Assembly: GCA_002633005.1 (NCBI GenBank)
Contig: NMRA01000064.1
Location: 478,523-542,522 of the forward strand
Reading direction: 5' to 3'
From: Phoronis australis
Lineage: Eukaryota; Animalia; Phoronida
DNA: 64,000 bases
This document shows positions 51,969 through 64,000 of the stretch, piece after piece. The notes below the pieces were generated by a model. The model worked only from the letters and a program-made list of their open reading frames with translations. It had not been told where the DNA came from and made no database searches. Positions within the stretch are counted from its first letter, which is position 1. Each line of letters starts with the position of its first letter. A program made the translations under genes and the position numbers.

Positions 51969-53407
51969 TCTATAGGTGGCGCACCACAGCCACAGGGGGG
52001 CTTTAGCCCACCCCACTTTTTCAGTGCTGTGCCCGCCCATGTAGAAGGGAGAGGAATGCTAACACGTGACGTAAAGCCAGATAACGCCTCTCTAAATCGC
52101 TTGCCAAGCGGCATATTGCCTCTTGGCTGAACATTTTGGATGGTCGGCTCTCACACGCAACCAAATGAAGTGCCGAGTCACCGAAACTTTCTGCAATTTT
52201 GATACGCAGACGCATTTTCTCAAATTGGGTTCCTAAGCCTGTTTCTGGCAGATTGATTGCAAAAATAGGAGAAGATCAGCATAAACACAAGCTCATATTT
52301 ATTGTACTCACACAACAAATGATCTGAAAAACCAGAATATTGAGGTAACAGGGATCACATCCACCACTTCTTCACGTGTTGAGCGCTTCTGACACTCTTT
52401 TATTTTCAAATACAGAAGAGTTCGCTACAGAGAAGAGTAATTTCCGGTACAAGGAAGATGTCAAGTCAAGAAAGTTCAGCAAGCCAAAGGCAAAGTACAA
52501 CGTTTTGGCCCGAAAGAACACACAGTAGTCAACATAGAAGACCGCTGTATGTTTGGAATTTTTCAGTTTGAGCATAGACAAACAACATCACATCGTTGTG
52601 TTGAGAGAAGGAAGTGATGAAAAAGAGGCGCGAAATTTGTAGACNTGAAGTGGAATAATTCGGTGAGTACAACAGCAAGTCGGTTTTATGCTTAGGCGGA
52701 CGAACATTGGGCTCCCCAGTATACTAGGTGGCACACCACAGCCACAGGGGGTCTTTAGCCCACCCCACTTTTTTCAGTGCTGTGCCCGCCCATGTAGAAG
52801 GGAGAGGAATGCTGACACGTGACGTACAGCCAGATAACGCCTCTCTAAATCGCTTGCCAAGCGGCATATTGCCTCTTGGCTGAACATTTTGGATGGTCGG
52901 CTCTCAGTCACACGCAACCAAATGAAGTGCCGAGTCACCGATACTTTCTGCAATTTTGATACGCAGACGCATTTTCTCAAATTGGGTTCCTAAGCCTGTT
53001 TCTGGCAGATTGATTGCAAAAATAGGAGAAGATCAGCATAAACACAAGCACATATTTATTGTACTCACACAACAAATGATCTGAAAAACCAGAATATTGA
53101 GGTAACAGGGATCACATCCACCGCATCCACTTCTTCACGTGTTGAGCGCTTCTGACACTTTTTTATTTTCAAATACAGAAGAGTTCCCTACAGAGAAGAG
53201 TAATTTCCGGTACAAGGAAGATGTCAAGTCAAGAAAGTTCAGCAAGCCAAAGGCAAAGTACAACGTTTTGGCCCGAAAGAACACACAGTAGTCAACATAG
53301 AAGACCGCTGTATGTTTGGAATTTTTCAGTTTGAGCATAGACAAACAACATCACATCGTTGTGTTGAGAGAAGGAAGTGATGAAAAAGAGGCGCGAAATT
53401 TGTAGAC
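51969..53407. repeat. ~680-bp direct duplication (51969-52644 vs ~52725-53407) at a single N; probably an uncollapsed haplotype
   Basis: Near identity; N at 52645; duplicates the first coding exon of the CENP-U-like gene (copy at 52458-52546). Confidence 0.8.
53221..53309 (+). CDS. CENP-U-like first coding exon
   Basis: MSSQESSASQRQSTTFWPERTHSSQHRRP(L); context AAGATG; donor CT|GTATGT; acceptor ATACAG at 53178. Confidence 0.55.
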
Positions 53408-56400
53408 AGTCGGTGCTGCTGTGCGAGAACTTGGAATCCTCTGCTTCTAAGCAGGATTCCCTGAAGTAAAATCTCAAGGTCGCGTATGCGTGAACTTAAA
53501 CACTAGGAAACTTGACAAGTTCATGCAACCAATCACATTCACGTGGATAAAAATTAGCATTGCTCTAATAAAAATTACATTTTAATAAATAACCAACATT
53601 TTTTCAACTAATGTCCATTTTATTTACCAAATAATAAAAGATTTAATCATTCACATATTCCTCCGATTTCATGTCACAATTTACAGTAAAGAAGAAAATG
53701 GGTGGATGTGAGGCCAATAATTACGAAAATTATTTAAACAAAAATTTCACTTGTTGCCTTAGATGATTCAATTCCAAGTTCACGCAAAGTACGCAATCTT
53801 GAGATTAAGCAGGATTCCAAGTTCGTGAACAGCAGGGCAACTATCTCTACTTAGCAGTAGAGATGGTGATGCTCCCATAAAGCCTTCACACGTTGGAAGC
53901 TGTTCGGCAATTTATGCCTCAGTCACACTGACAATTAACTTGAAGTCACATTGCTATACCTACCTTGTGCGCGTAGAGAGATACCTTAGGAGGTCGTGGT
54001 TGTCTTTAATTCCTGCAACTCAAATGAATACTGCTGTAATGAAAATTTTTTAGCACGGCTGCTTTGTTCAGTTGCCCAAATTGACAACTGGCCATTTTAC
54101 TCTGCACGTGCCAGGGGACGTCATGTAATGAAAATTAAACAGATGAAAACATACGTGCCTATTACTCTTGTCAGTAGTACCTGCCAACTGAAAGTATCAT
54201 TTACAAACCGGCTAAATATGCGAAAAATATAGTAAACGAGTAAAATATTTATGTTACATCGGTACTGTAAAATACAAAACAAAAAAAAACAGGACAAGTG
54301 CTAGTCACCAACAAAATTTGATGAGTATATACTTGTAAAGATGCAGTAGATGAGATAATTGTACCATAAAACATATACAATTATAGTGATATCTTATTTC
54401 ACTTATCAAAAGAATTATGTTTGAAGTGTAGCTCTGACAGGTACATTCCTGTTTCAACTTCACAGTCTATAGCTGAAAGTTACTACTTCAGGACAATTAA
54501 CTCCCAACATTGTTCGTCAACTGGTTCCATAGGACAACTCCCTGTTGTTTAATCAAGTTTGTCCCATAAGTTGTACTGGGTCTTGTAACCGTCAATAGGT
54601 TTAAATAGTTAACTTGATATCGGTTCAACTGAACCTTGTTGTCAACATGTGGACAAGTTAATTTGATGTTTCAGCCACCGTACCTCAATTTAAGTATGAC
54701 CGTACACCATTGTAAGTATGGTCACTGATCAAGAGACATACTTAGATTAATAGTCTAACTCCTCCTGTTGATAGTTGATAACACTATATTACAGTGGGCG
54801 AAGAGAAGTGACCCGTCGACCTTTCACCTTCATCAGGAACTGGGAGACTGGTGAATCACCGGTGGCAGCAGTCTTGTCTCATTCACAGTCTTCAGATCTT
54901 TCACTCTCTTCACATTCTCAGGTTGAAATCAGTTACGGTAAAATCTAACCAATTTCGGACAAAATTAATTCCCAAAATTGGTCTTTTTTCATTTTTCATA
55001 AGCTTCTAACATTGTTTTAAGTGTTCACAATTTTTTAGTAAAGTCTGAAGGTAGGTATTACGTAAACCTTTAAAATGGTATAGCATTTATTTGGTGCTAC
55101 TTATTTTTGTAAAAGAAATGAAAACATAAAATTTCACTTGTCAGCCATATTGTGTCCACAATTGGTGAGATTTTACTGTAGATTTCGTTTTACGGAAACT
55201 GAACTGATAATGAATGAGTTTTACTTAGTGTTGTAGCCAGACTTTCGTGGCAAGTATGCATTCGAGTGGTACATCAGGCTCTAAGGACACCTCATGGGTG
55301 CTTTAGATACAGTAGGTGCTGTAGCGTGTATTTGTCACTTTGTTACTCAGTGAAATAAGATGCAGGGAAGCAATTGTCACACTGACAACTTCTTTGTTTC
55401 AGTTGTACTTGCATGCAAAGTAGTTGATAACTTGAAATCCAGTGGAACAACAGTGCTGAAGTGTTTATAAAATAATTGGGATTTATACTTTTAGATGTGA
55501 TAACTACAAAATGTTGACTTTCCATTTTTAAATAATTATGGAAATTACTTTGATTCAAATGTTGTCTGTTAAAGACATGGCTCATCTGTCTATAATTCAG
55601 CGTCATTTCTACAAAAGTATACATTTCAACGTAAGTCTCCCGTTTTGTCTTCCACTGATGTGTATTACTGACTGTTTGCAGGAGGAAAGTGTGTTTGTCT
55701 CTCCCAATAAGTCTCAGGGTCAGTGGACACGACAGAGTCCTATACCTGTAGTCATACGCAGCCCTACACCGCAAGTTATTCCTGAAACTCAGCCTTCTCC
55801 TGGTGGGTAAATCTAGTGTCAGACTGGAATTGCTCATTTTGACTGTGTGAATTATGTGACTATCCCACAGTACAGCAGTGACAATTTGACATGAATTTAT
55901 ACAAAATGCTGTTAAAGAACCCATTGGATTGAATTGGTAAAATAATAATAATAATAATAGTAATAATAATAAAAAACTTTATTAATGTCTCCTTTCAAAA
56001 GCAGAATTAGTGTCTTTCCAGACCACTATAAAATCGTAAAGATAAGAGCTATTACTATGAGCATTACTTTACTTCAGTACACAGTGGTATTACCCTTTTT
56101 ATGCGCCCACATATTTATATGTGGACGCATTATGCCGTCATCTCCGTCCGTCCGTACGGGCGGCGTCCGTCTGGCGTCCGGCGTCCGCTGCTCTATCTCC
56201 AAAACCCTTTGACATATGTTCATGAAATTTGGCACATATGTTCCATTCATGAATGGGACGGCATGTGCGAACTTTCAGATGGATCCGACTACCGGTGTGC
56301 CCCCTAGTGGCAATTTTAGTTTTTTACGCTTACCTTTGTATCTTCAAAAGTCCTGAACGGATTTTCATGAAGTTTGGTATGTAAGCACCTATTAGTGAGA

Positions 56401-59400
56401 TGATNTTTAAGTGTTCACAATTTTTTAGTAAAGTCTGAAGGTAGGTTTTACGTAAACCTTTAAAATGGAATAGCATTTATTTGGTGCTACTTATTTTTGT
56501 AAAAGAAATGAAAACATAAAATTTCACTTGACAGCCATATTGTGTCCACAATTGGTGAGATTTTACTGTAGATTTCGTTTTACGGAAACTGAACTGATAA
56601 TGAATGAGTTTTACTTAGTGTTGTAGCCAGACTTTCCTGGCAAGTATGCATTCAAGTGTTGGTACATCAGGTTCTAAGGACACCTCATGGGTGCTTTAGA
56701 TACAGTAGGTGCTGTAGTGTGTATCTATCACTTTGTTACTCAGTGAAATAAGATGCAGGGAAGCAATTGTCACACTGACAACTTCTTTGTTTAAGTTGTA
56801 CTTGCATGCAAAGTAGTTGATTACTTGAAATCCAGTGGAACAACAGTGCTGAAGTGTTTATAAAATAATTGGGATTTATACTTTTAGATGTGATAACTAC
56901 AAAATGTTGACTTTCCGTTTTTAAATAATTATGGAAATTACTTTGATTCAAATGTTGTCTGTTAAAGACATGGCTCATCTGTCTATAATTCAGCGTCATT
57001 TCTACAAAAGTATACATTTCAACATAAGTCTCCCGTTTTGTCTTCCACTGATGTGTATTACTGACTGTTTGCAGGAGGAAAGTGTGTTTGTCTCTCCCAA
57101 TAAGTCTCAGGGTCAGTGGACACGGCAGAGTCCTATACCTGTAGTCATACGCAGCCCTACACCGCAAGTTATTCCTGAAACTCAGCCTTCTCCTGGTGGG
57201 TAAATCTAGTGTCAGATTGGAATTGCTTATTTTGACTGTGTGAATTATGTGACTATCCCACAGTACAGCAGTAACAATTTGACATGAATTTATACAAAAT
57301 GCTGTTAAACAACCCATTGGATTGAATTGGTAAAATAACAATAATAGTAATAGTAATAATATTAAAAAACTTTATTAATGTCTCCTTTCACAAAAGCAGA
57401 ATCAGTGTTTTTCCAGACCACTGTAAAATCGTAAAGATAAGAGTTGTTACTATGAACATTACTTTACTTCAATACACAACGGTATTACACTTTTTTTTCT
57501 AAAATTAAAGCCAGGTCCTGGCAATCAATCGCAAATCTCACATTATCAGTAGACATCAGGGAGAAAAAGTTTTCTTCATCCATTAAAGATTTAAGATTGA
57601 CATTTAATCGATACATGAATGCAAAACAAACCAAGCTATCGCCAGCAAGCAACAAGGCTTATGTCATGTCAGTGCTACATCGTAATCGTAACATGGCTGT
57701 TACAGTTAGTCACTGCAGACTTGTTTACCTAAGTGTGGTACCCATAATGCAATTCTGCTCTGCCAATCTCATTTCTATTGCGTTCATGCCTGGACAAAAC
57801 TTCCTGAGCTTTAAACAAAGGTGCACAGTTGTAATCGGCATACACGAGTTGATTTTGACCATAAACCATCATTGTTGATGATTTAAGCTTGTATTCTTTA
57901 TTTGTCAAGGGTCTGAGTTTAAGATATCACACTTAAAGGGTAGATGAAGATGCACATACCACATGGAGCTTATTTGAAATAACAATGACTTTAAAGCAGT
58001 GCTGTTATTTCTGGATGATTTCCATTGCTTAATGCCGACTAGTAAGGGATAAGACCCTGGGCAAAATGATAAAAGTACAGAATTACGAAACCCAGTTTGG
58101 TAACTAGTGTAATTTTTATTGTCTAAATAAAAACACCATGCCATCGACGCTATCAATAGCAAATGAGTTTCAATCAGCAATAGTTTTGTTTTGTTTTGTT
58201 CAATAGTTGTTCAACGTCTGAGTAGTATTGCTGAACATCCTGCTGTTGATGGTGGTGAAAGGTCTGCTGCTGAAGATGATGATCAGGAGTTTGAAACACT
58301 GCAGTCTTCCCAGCATGCAATAGCAACCGAGCATTTAACAAAGCGTAGGTCTAGTGGTGCTGGAATCGGACCACAGGACGGGTTGCCTGAGAGTGGGAAT
58401 GAGAGTGGTGCTGAGTCTGGTGGTGAAGGTAGTTACAGTCCGGATCGTGGTGATGAGGATGAGGATGATGATGATGTCATGCCTGGTATAGTGGAGTCTC
58501 CTTTACCCAAAACTATTGGGCAAAGTTCAAGGTAATGGTCTGAGTCAAAGCCTGTTTTCTATCCATGAGCGCGAATTCCTGATTTGCAAATTTGTTATTA
58601 TATATATTATGTTAAAAAAGGATCTGATTGGCTCTGTGAAGTCTTGAGATATGAATTTGTGGTTCTTTATATTAAAAAATGATCTGATTAGCTCTGCTAT
58701 GATAATTTATTAGTCTTCTAACATAACTAATCTGATTGATGTGTGTTCTTACCACTTCAGGATGTCTTTGACATTTTGGTTCTTGATTTTTATACGCCCA
58801 CATATTTATATGTGTACGCATTATGCCGTCTTCTCCGTCCGTCTGTCCGGGCGGTGTCCATCCGGCGTTCGTCCGGCATCCGGCGTCCGCTGCTGTATCT
58901 CCAAAACTGTTTGACATATGTTCATGAAATTTTGCACATGTGTTTCTTTCATGGACGGGACAGCATGAACGAACTTTCGGATGGATCTGACTACCGGTGT
59001 GCCCCCTAGTGACAATTTTAGTTTTTTATGTTTACCTCTGTAACTTAAGGTCCTCAACGTATTTTCATAAAATTTTGCATATAGACATCTATTAGTGAGA
59101 CGACGGTATCCTCCCATTTTCGGATGGATTCGACGTAGTTTGTGCCATGTAGTGGCCACTTTTACTGTTTTCGAGTCTGTTTTTTTTTGGCGTCCACGCC
59201 TGTATCAACCAAACCGCTTTCAGGATAATTGTGGAAATTGGCATGTAACTTTTTATTATGAAGTGGACGGCGGATGATGATTTTCCAACTACTTCATGAA
59301 ATGTGGCGCCTCCTAGTGGCAGTTTCATTTTTTTGCGCATATGGCTGCATCTCCTAAGCGGTTTGCAGGATCTTTACTAAATTTAACAAGTGTTTTTATA

Positions 59401-62400
59401 TGATGTTGACAAAAGACAACGACGACTTTCGGACGGATCTGACTACTGGTGTGCCCCCTGTTGGCAATTTTAGATTTTATGTTTACCAATGTATCTTCAA
59501 AGGTCTGCAACGGATTTTCATAAAATTTTGAATTCAGGCATCTACTGGTGATATGACGGTCTCCTCCCACTTTCTAATGGAATCTAGGTATTTTGCGCCA
59601 CCTAAGGGCCATTTTTACTGTTTTCGAGTTTGTTTTTTGGCATCCTCCCCTCTGTCAACCAAATCGTTCTGAAGATGGTTTTGAAAATTGGTGTATACTT
59701 CTCAGTGTGAAGAGAATGGTTGACAATGACTTAGACTACTGTGGCATCTCCAATGGTATTTTTTTTTGTTTTGCGCCCATAGTTGTATCTCCTAAACCCA
59801 CTACAAGATCTTTATTAAATTTAGTGAGTGTATTTATATGGAGCTAACAACAGACAATGACGGCTTTCAGGCGGATCCAATGAACACTGTGCCCCCTAGT
59901 GGTAATTTCATTTCATTCTGTTTTCCTTTGTTTCTCTGAAGTTCCGTGACAGATTTCTATTAAAAAGCTATGTGTTCCTATTTTTGGATTGATTGTATGT
60001 TTTTTTCGCTATCTAGTGGCCATTTTTTGACAAATAAACAACCCTAAAAGCACACCAATGTGATGCATTCGTGGGCGCATTTCAATGCTCCGCGTTGCTC
60101 TTGTTATCTATAGAGTTGTCATGAGCGATACTGTAGGGCTCAGCTAAACAAGTAGCCTTTTTTGCACCCACAATTGTCGCATGTTGTAGTTATCTTGTGG
60201 TCGATATCTCAAAAGCTCCTGGTCGGATCTTTAGGAAATTTTGGTATAAGTGCGTGTGACACTACTGGAACAGTACATGCCACTTTTGTGGGGAAAGACG
60301 GTGACCAGTCGATTTTCCATTTGGATTTGACATGTGCGGCAATCTCTAGTAGCTGTTTTGGTGTTAACAAGGGAAATTTCTCAGTCTATAATTTCTCAGA
60401 TAAGATGGATGATGTCTAGAGAACTGATCAATGTATTAACTTGGCACGGGTATTTGATGACAATGTGCAAGGACCAGCTAATTGGGATTCAACAACAGCA
60501 GCACCTCCTAGTGGCCATTTTGTCTGGTTCAGTCCAGTTATGTGCTCAATATCTTAAAATTCCGTAATCGTGTTTTTATGATATTTGGCGCAAGGGTGTC
60601 AGACATTAGGGGCTAGAGGTTGGGCTTTTCAGTATTTATGGAGCAGAGTGTTTCAGGATATCTAGGGAACTGATTGACAAATTTCATTGAACACAGGGAT
60701 ATATGATGTCAGTGCTCCAGTACTTGACGATTTTTTGGGATGTTTTGACTTGTGGAGCATTCCATGCCTTGAGCAGCTGTCAGAGTGAAATATGTGCGTT
60801 GTTGTTGATTGCTGATCTTCTTAAACTTCTTTTCTTCAGATTACAAATGAGTACCCTGAAAACGGTTTCACCCAGTCGTTCTGTGAGAAAACAGCAGAAG
60901 CAGATATCATCTACGCCTGTGTCAGCTGTTAAACGTACAAAGGACGCATCTTTTGTCTCGTCATCTGGAAAGGCAATAACGCCTGTTAATCAAAGTTTGG
61001 TAAGTACAACAGGCATCTTGTGTGAGGTGTAACATGCATACCCTTCCTTCTTGTTGTCTTCGTCCAGCTTCACCCTCCCTCTAGTAAGCATGCTGTATTA
61101 TTTGACCTTCTAGTTGTCACCCTCCCTCTAGTATGCTCTGTAAACAAGTAATTATTGCTCAGCTCAGCTGTATTTTGCCCTTGTTAAGAAAGTGAATATA
61201 CTTTTGATGAATGATCTACCTTTGAGATTATCTTAGTGTCAGCAGTAAGGAAAATGGTAGATTTATTATTCATCTCTTGCATTTCATTTTGGTATTCAAA
61301 ACTGGTATGTGAGTATTTCAGCCAAGTTTCAAGAGATAAGCACCAGGAGATTGGAAATGAAAAATTCATTGAGTTTTTTCCTGATGTAAAGTTATCCGTG
61401 ACATTGGGTTTCTATTTCTGATTTTTATGCATGAAAGCCAAAAATGGAACCAAGCGTAGGATGTTTTTTTACTGAAAAATTGACACTATTTAGCGGCACA
61501 CAGTCTGGTTACCCAGAATTCTAATACCTCCATTTCACCATTACTTTCTTCCGTAGGGTCTCACTTTGAAGACCCCTGGGTCACTATTGAAGAGTGGCGT
61601 GGTTAGCAAGGTAAGGAAGGCAGTCACTGATGAACAAAAGGGTGCAAAGCGCCCGGCCAAAAGACAGAAAAGAAACATTGAGGAGGATCAAGACTTTGAA
61701 GGTGTGCACTGTGGTATATTTCATACTCTTCCCAACTATAGAATTTCTTGTCCGATTTTTTTCTATACCTGGAATTATCATACAAAATATGACATTTGAC
61801 AATTTTGATTTTTTAAATATGAGATTGTATAGATCATTTAGGCTTTTGTGGTTAGAGGGAAATAAATGTGCAGGCTCAATAAAACATTTCATGACGTCTG
61901 CTCGTAAGGTTTGTGTACATGGTCATGAATGCAGCTTCACATTTTCAAAGTTTCTTAATAGAATTTTCTTTGTAATTCAAAATAAAAAGTTGAAATCATT
62001 TGACCAGGTCCCTATTTAGTGATATATATGATTCATTGCTAGTTTAGTTTTCTCCGTATATACTGGGGAACCCAATGGTCGTCCGCCTAAGCATGAAACC
62101 GACTTGCTGTTGTACTCACCGAATTATTCCACTTCAAAGTTATGATCTGAATAGGATTCGATTTAACTCTCACAGATATACCGCATTCATCGATTCGGAA
62201 GTTTTCTTTAATTTGTGCCGAGTTATTTCAAATGTGCACTGCCTTCGGCAGCCATTTTATTGTGACACCTAAGGTCGTCATATGCTGCCCCCTTTTGTAA
62301 AAACTGAGAAACATGCAGAAAAAGGCCAACGAAGTAATGAAAATTGCAACAGCCTGTTTTTATTGACATAAACTCGATTTGAAGCTTTGATGTTGAGCTC

Positions 62401-62999
62401 TGCACTGTGGTTTCCAATAAAAGCCAATTGGACAACATTTCAATGCAGTTTAATGGTGAATGCGTGAGGCAAAAATGTTAAGAACCCAGCGTATCGCATT
62501 TGTCTGCGGATTTTTCCTTTGGCCTTCTAGATCCTACTAGTGCCTGGGACAAACAGATACATTGCATAAACAAACCCTGGATCATGTTTTGTGTCCCGTC
62601 GGAAGAAAATTTAAATTCGAAAACATCTTCTGAAAACGCACAAAAAAGTGTATTAGTAAAATCGACTGATTTTTAAGTGGTTTTAAAAAACAATCGGTAA
62701 ACTCACCGATTTTTTTGATACGTGTCTCTTCCGATAAGTTAGTACCTAACGTGCACACGAGCACTCCAAATTGGAACGCTAAGTCCCGCGTGGTTGCACT
62801 GCACGCGAAACAAGATGGCGGACGACCTTTGGAGCCTGACGACAATAGGTAACCGGACTATATATACATATTAATCTTTGACATCTGTTTCAGATACGAC
62901 AGTTAACATGTGGCAGGGTACCAGACGACGTCTGCCAGGTCACATGATGGACCTCGATATTTTGTTGAACGAGATAGAGGCAGAATGCTTTACATTCAA
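53221..62999 (+). CDS. CENPU: Putative centromere protein U (CENP-U/MLF1IP)-like gene, 3'-incomplete
   Basis: Phase-consistent exons 53221-53309, 54795-54921, 57075-57195 (duplicate 55682-55802), 58207-58531, 60840-60999, 61557-61701, 62894-62999. A long S/T/P-rich and acidic disordered N-terminus and a basic NLS-like KRPAKRQKR are followed by MWQGTRRRLPGHMMDLDILLNEIE, which resembles the W..(K/R)..ELDVVL.EFE start of the CENP-U helical region. The gene model is well supported; the identity is moderate. Confidence 0.55.
53416..53835. mobile_element. MITE with long TIRs, same family as 8590-9024
   Basis: CTGCTGTGCGAGAACTTGGAATCCT ... AGGATTCCAAGTTCGTGAACAGCAG. Confidence 0.75.
54795..54921 (+). 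CDS. CENP-U-like exon 2
   Basis: GRREVTRRPFTFIRNWETGESPVAAVLSHSQSSDLSLSSHSQ; phase 2->0 bridges both neighbouring exons. Confidence 0.6.
55682..55802 (+). CDS. CENP-U-like exon 3, copy/allele 1
   Basis: EESVFVSPNKSQGQWTRQSPIPVVIRSPTPQVIPETQPSP; donor G|GTGGGT. Confidence 0.55.
56096..56404 (+). mobile_element. HINE 5' portion (cut by the N gap), absent from the duplicate copy
   Basis: TTTTTATGCGCCCAC start and (CCGT)n-like core, homologous to 58787 onward. Confidence 0.8.
57075..57195 (+). CDS. CENP-U-like exon 3, copy/allele 2
   Basis: Same peptide as 55682-55802. Confidence 0.6.
58207..58531 (+). CDS. CENP-U-like exon 4 (acidic, disordered)
   Basis: VQRLSSIAEHPAVDGGERSAAEDDDQEFE...VESPLPKTIGQSS(R); phase 1->2. 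Confidence 0.8.
58787..60105 (+). mobile_element. Full-length HINE (Helentron-associated / DINE-1-like non-autonomous element), ~1.3 kb
   Basis: Subterminal IRs ATACGCCCAC (58792) / GTGGGCGCAT (60071), an adjacent partial IR, a (CCGT)-type microsatellite core, internal ~450-bp repeats, a 3' hairpin CAATGCTCCGCGTTG, T-rich ends and no TSD. Confidence 0.8.
60840..60999 (+). CDS. CENP-U-like exon 5
   Basis: LQMSTLKTVSPSRSVRKQQKQISSTPVSAVKRTKDASFVSSSGKAITPVNQSL; donor GTAAGT. Confidence 0.8.
61557..61701 (+). CDS. CENP-U-like exon 6 (NLS-like)
   Basis: GLTLKTPGSLLKSGVVSKVRKAVTDEQKGAKRPAKRQKRNIEEDQDFE; phase 0->1. Confidence 0.75.
62064..62846. mobile_element. Possible MITE with degenerate TIRs
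   Basis: CCAATGGTCGTCCGCC near 62072 and GGCGGACGACCTTTGG near 62817 are inverted copies; the ends are uncertain. Confidence 0.4.
62894..62999 (+). CDS. CENP-U-like exon 7 (start of conserved helical region)
   Basis: (D)TTVNMWQGTRRRLPGHMMDLDILLNEIEAECFTF(K); phase 1->2. Confidence 0.75.
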
Positions 63000-63843
63000 G
63001 TAAATATTATTGCCGCCTTTTCTACCTTGAGATTATATGTCTGGGCGTCATCACCCCTTCTACAAAACTGCTTGAAGTATCTTCGCGAAATTTTGTAGAC
63101 ATGTTGCTGTGGTAAAATGTCACTAATTCCATTCCAAAATAATTGCCAATTTTGTTCTTTTTCATTTTCAAGGACTTCTAACATGGCTGTTGATGCCCAC
63201 ACTTTTTCAAAAAAATTGTCTTATGGTAGCTAGCGTAAACATGGAAAAGCATTAATTTGGTGATACATATTCTTGAATTACCTTTTTACGTCACTTTTAC
63301 CTTTTTGTGTCAATATCAACTTTTTGCATCTGCTTATGTTTATGTAACAACTACGTCCATTCTCTAGTGCGTGAAAATGTTTGAAATGTTAGCACTACTT
63401 ATGTATTTGGCATTTGTAATGCTCTTGGATTGTTGAGTTATTGTTACAGTATCTTTTAATCATTGTTTTTTTTTCATTTTCCACCACAGACTTTATTGTG
63501 GTTTCTCAAAATCTTGAACTGAACCTGACGAAAAATGAACCGACTATTCACATATCTAGATGACAACATCTCAGAACTCCAACCAATAAAACGTACAGTT
63601 ATTTCTATATTATTAGTGTTTTCAGTATTATCACTAAATATTTAGTTGGCACATGAATATATATTGCCTCTGACATTCCATAATAATTGCACAACAACCC
63701 ACAAGCTCAAAAAATTTGATGTTTGTGATATTCAATGACTTTTGTGTACTGCTGTATCTACATTTTAAGCTACGTAAAAAGATGACTTGCTGACTTCCCT
63801 TCTTGGGGTCATTTTCACTCACTTTCACATTATACAAACTTAC

Positions 63844-64000
63844 GTTTTGTATGACAGCTACCATTTTACAGAGTTTTGTATGACAGCTACCATTATACAA
63901 AGGTTTGTATGACAGCTACCATTATGCAAAGGTTTGTATGACGGCTACCATTATGCAAAGGTTTGTATGACAGCTACCATTATACAAAGTTTTGTATGAC
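63844..64000 (+). repeat. 29-bp tandem minisatellite (GTTTGTATGACAGCTACCATTATACAAAG-like), runs off the window end
   Basis: More than 5 head-to-tail units with no spacers. Confidence 0.9.

Larger units (their letters stand above)
55016..57495. repeat. ~1.08-kb direct duplication (55016-56100 vs 56406-57495) at a single N; probably an uncollapsed haplotype
   Basis: Near identity; N at 56405; duplicates exon 3 of the CENP-U-like gene. Confidence 0.85.

Noticed and set aside
55343-57341. The two longest ORFs (193 and 201 aa, minus strand)
   Set aside because: Antisense shadows of the plus-strand exon 3 and its introns, duplicated by the haplotype artefact; no recognisable domain and no ATG start.
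63844-64000. CRISPR-like 29-bp repeats
   Set aside because: Head-to-tail units with no unique spacers, no cas genes, and a eukaryotic context.

Overview
AT-rich animal genomic DNA (intron-rich with spliceosomal GT-AG introns; probably a marine invertebrate deuterostome, which is inference). No prokaryotic features are present. Four spliced genes were reconstructed by hand from splice sites and reading-frame phase. (1) Only the first coding exon of a minus-strand PDZ-LIM (ALP/Enigma/Zasp family) gene, at 8415-8525. (2) Head-to-head with it, a complete plus-strand ALP-subfamily PDZ-ZM-LIM gene (PDLIM1/3/4-like, about 360-362 aa, 14348-35169). It has a tandem pair of mutually exclusive exons that encode the first CxxC of the LIM domain. 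(3) A complete minus-strand ACL4-like TPR protein (Rpl4 assembly chaperone, about 372 aa, 38904-51020) with a probable U12-type minor intron. (4) A divergently transcribed, 3'-incomplete gene resembling CENP-U (53221->62999). The rest is MITEs (Harbinger-, hAT- and Kolobok-like), Helentron/DINE-1-like HINEs, LINE 3' ends, tRNA-derived SINE heads and simple repeats. Four near-identical tandem duplications sit exactly at N gaps and are most likely uncollapsed haplotypes. One of them exposes a transposon presence/absence polymorphism. I found no evidence of a wholly new molecular system; the best leads are the LIM-finger exon switch, the head-to-head PDZ-LIM pair and the minor intron.
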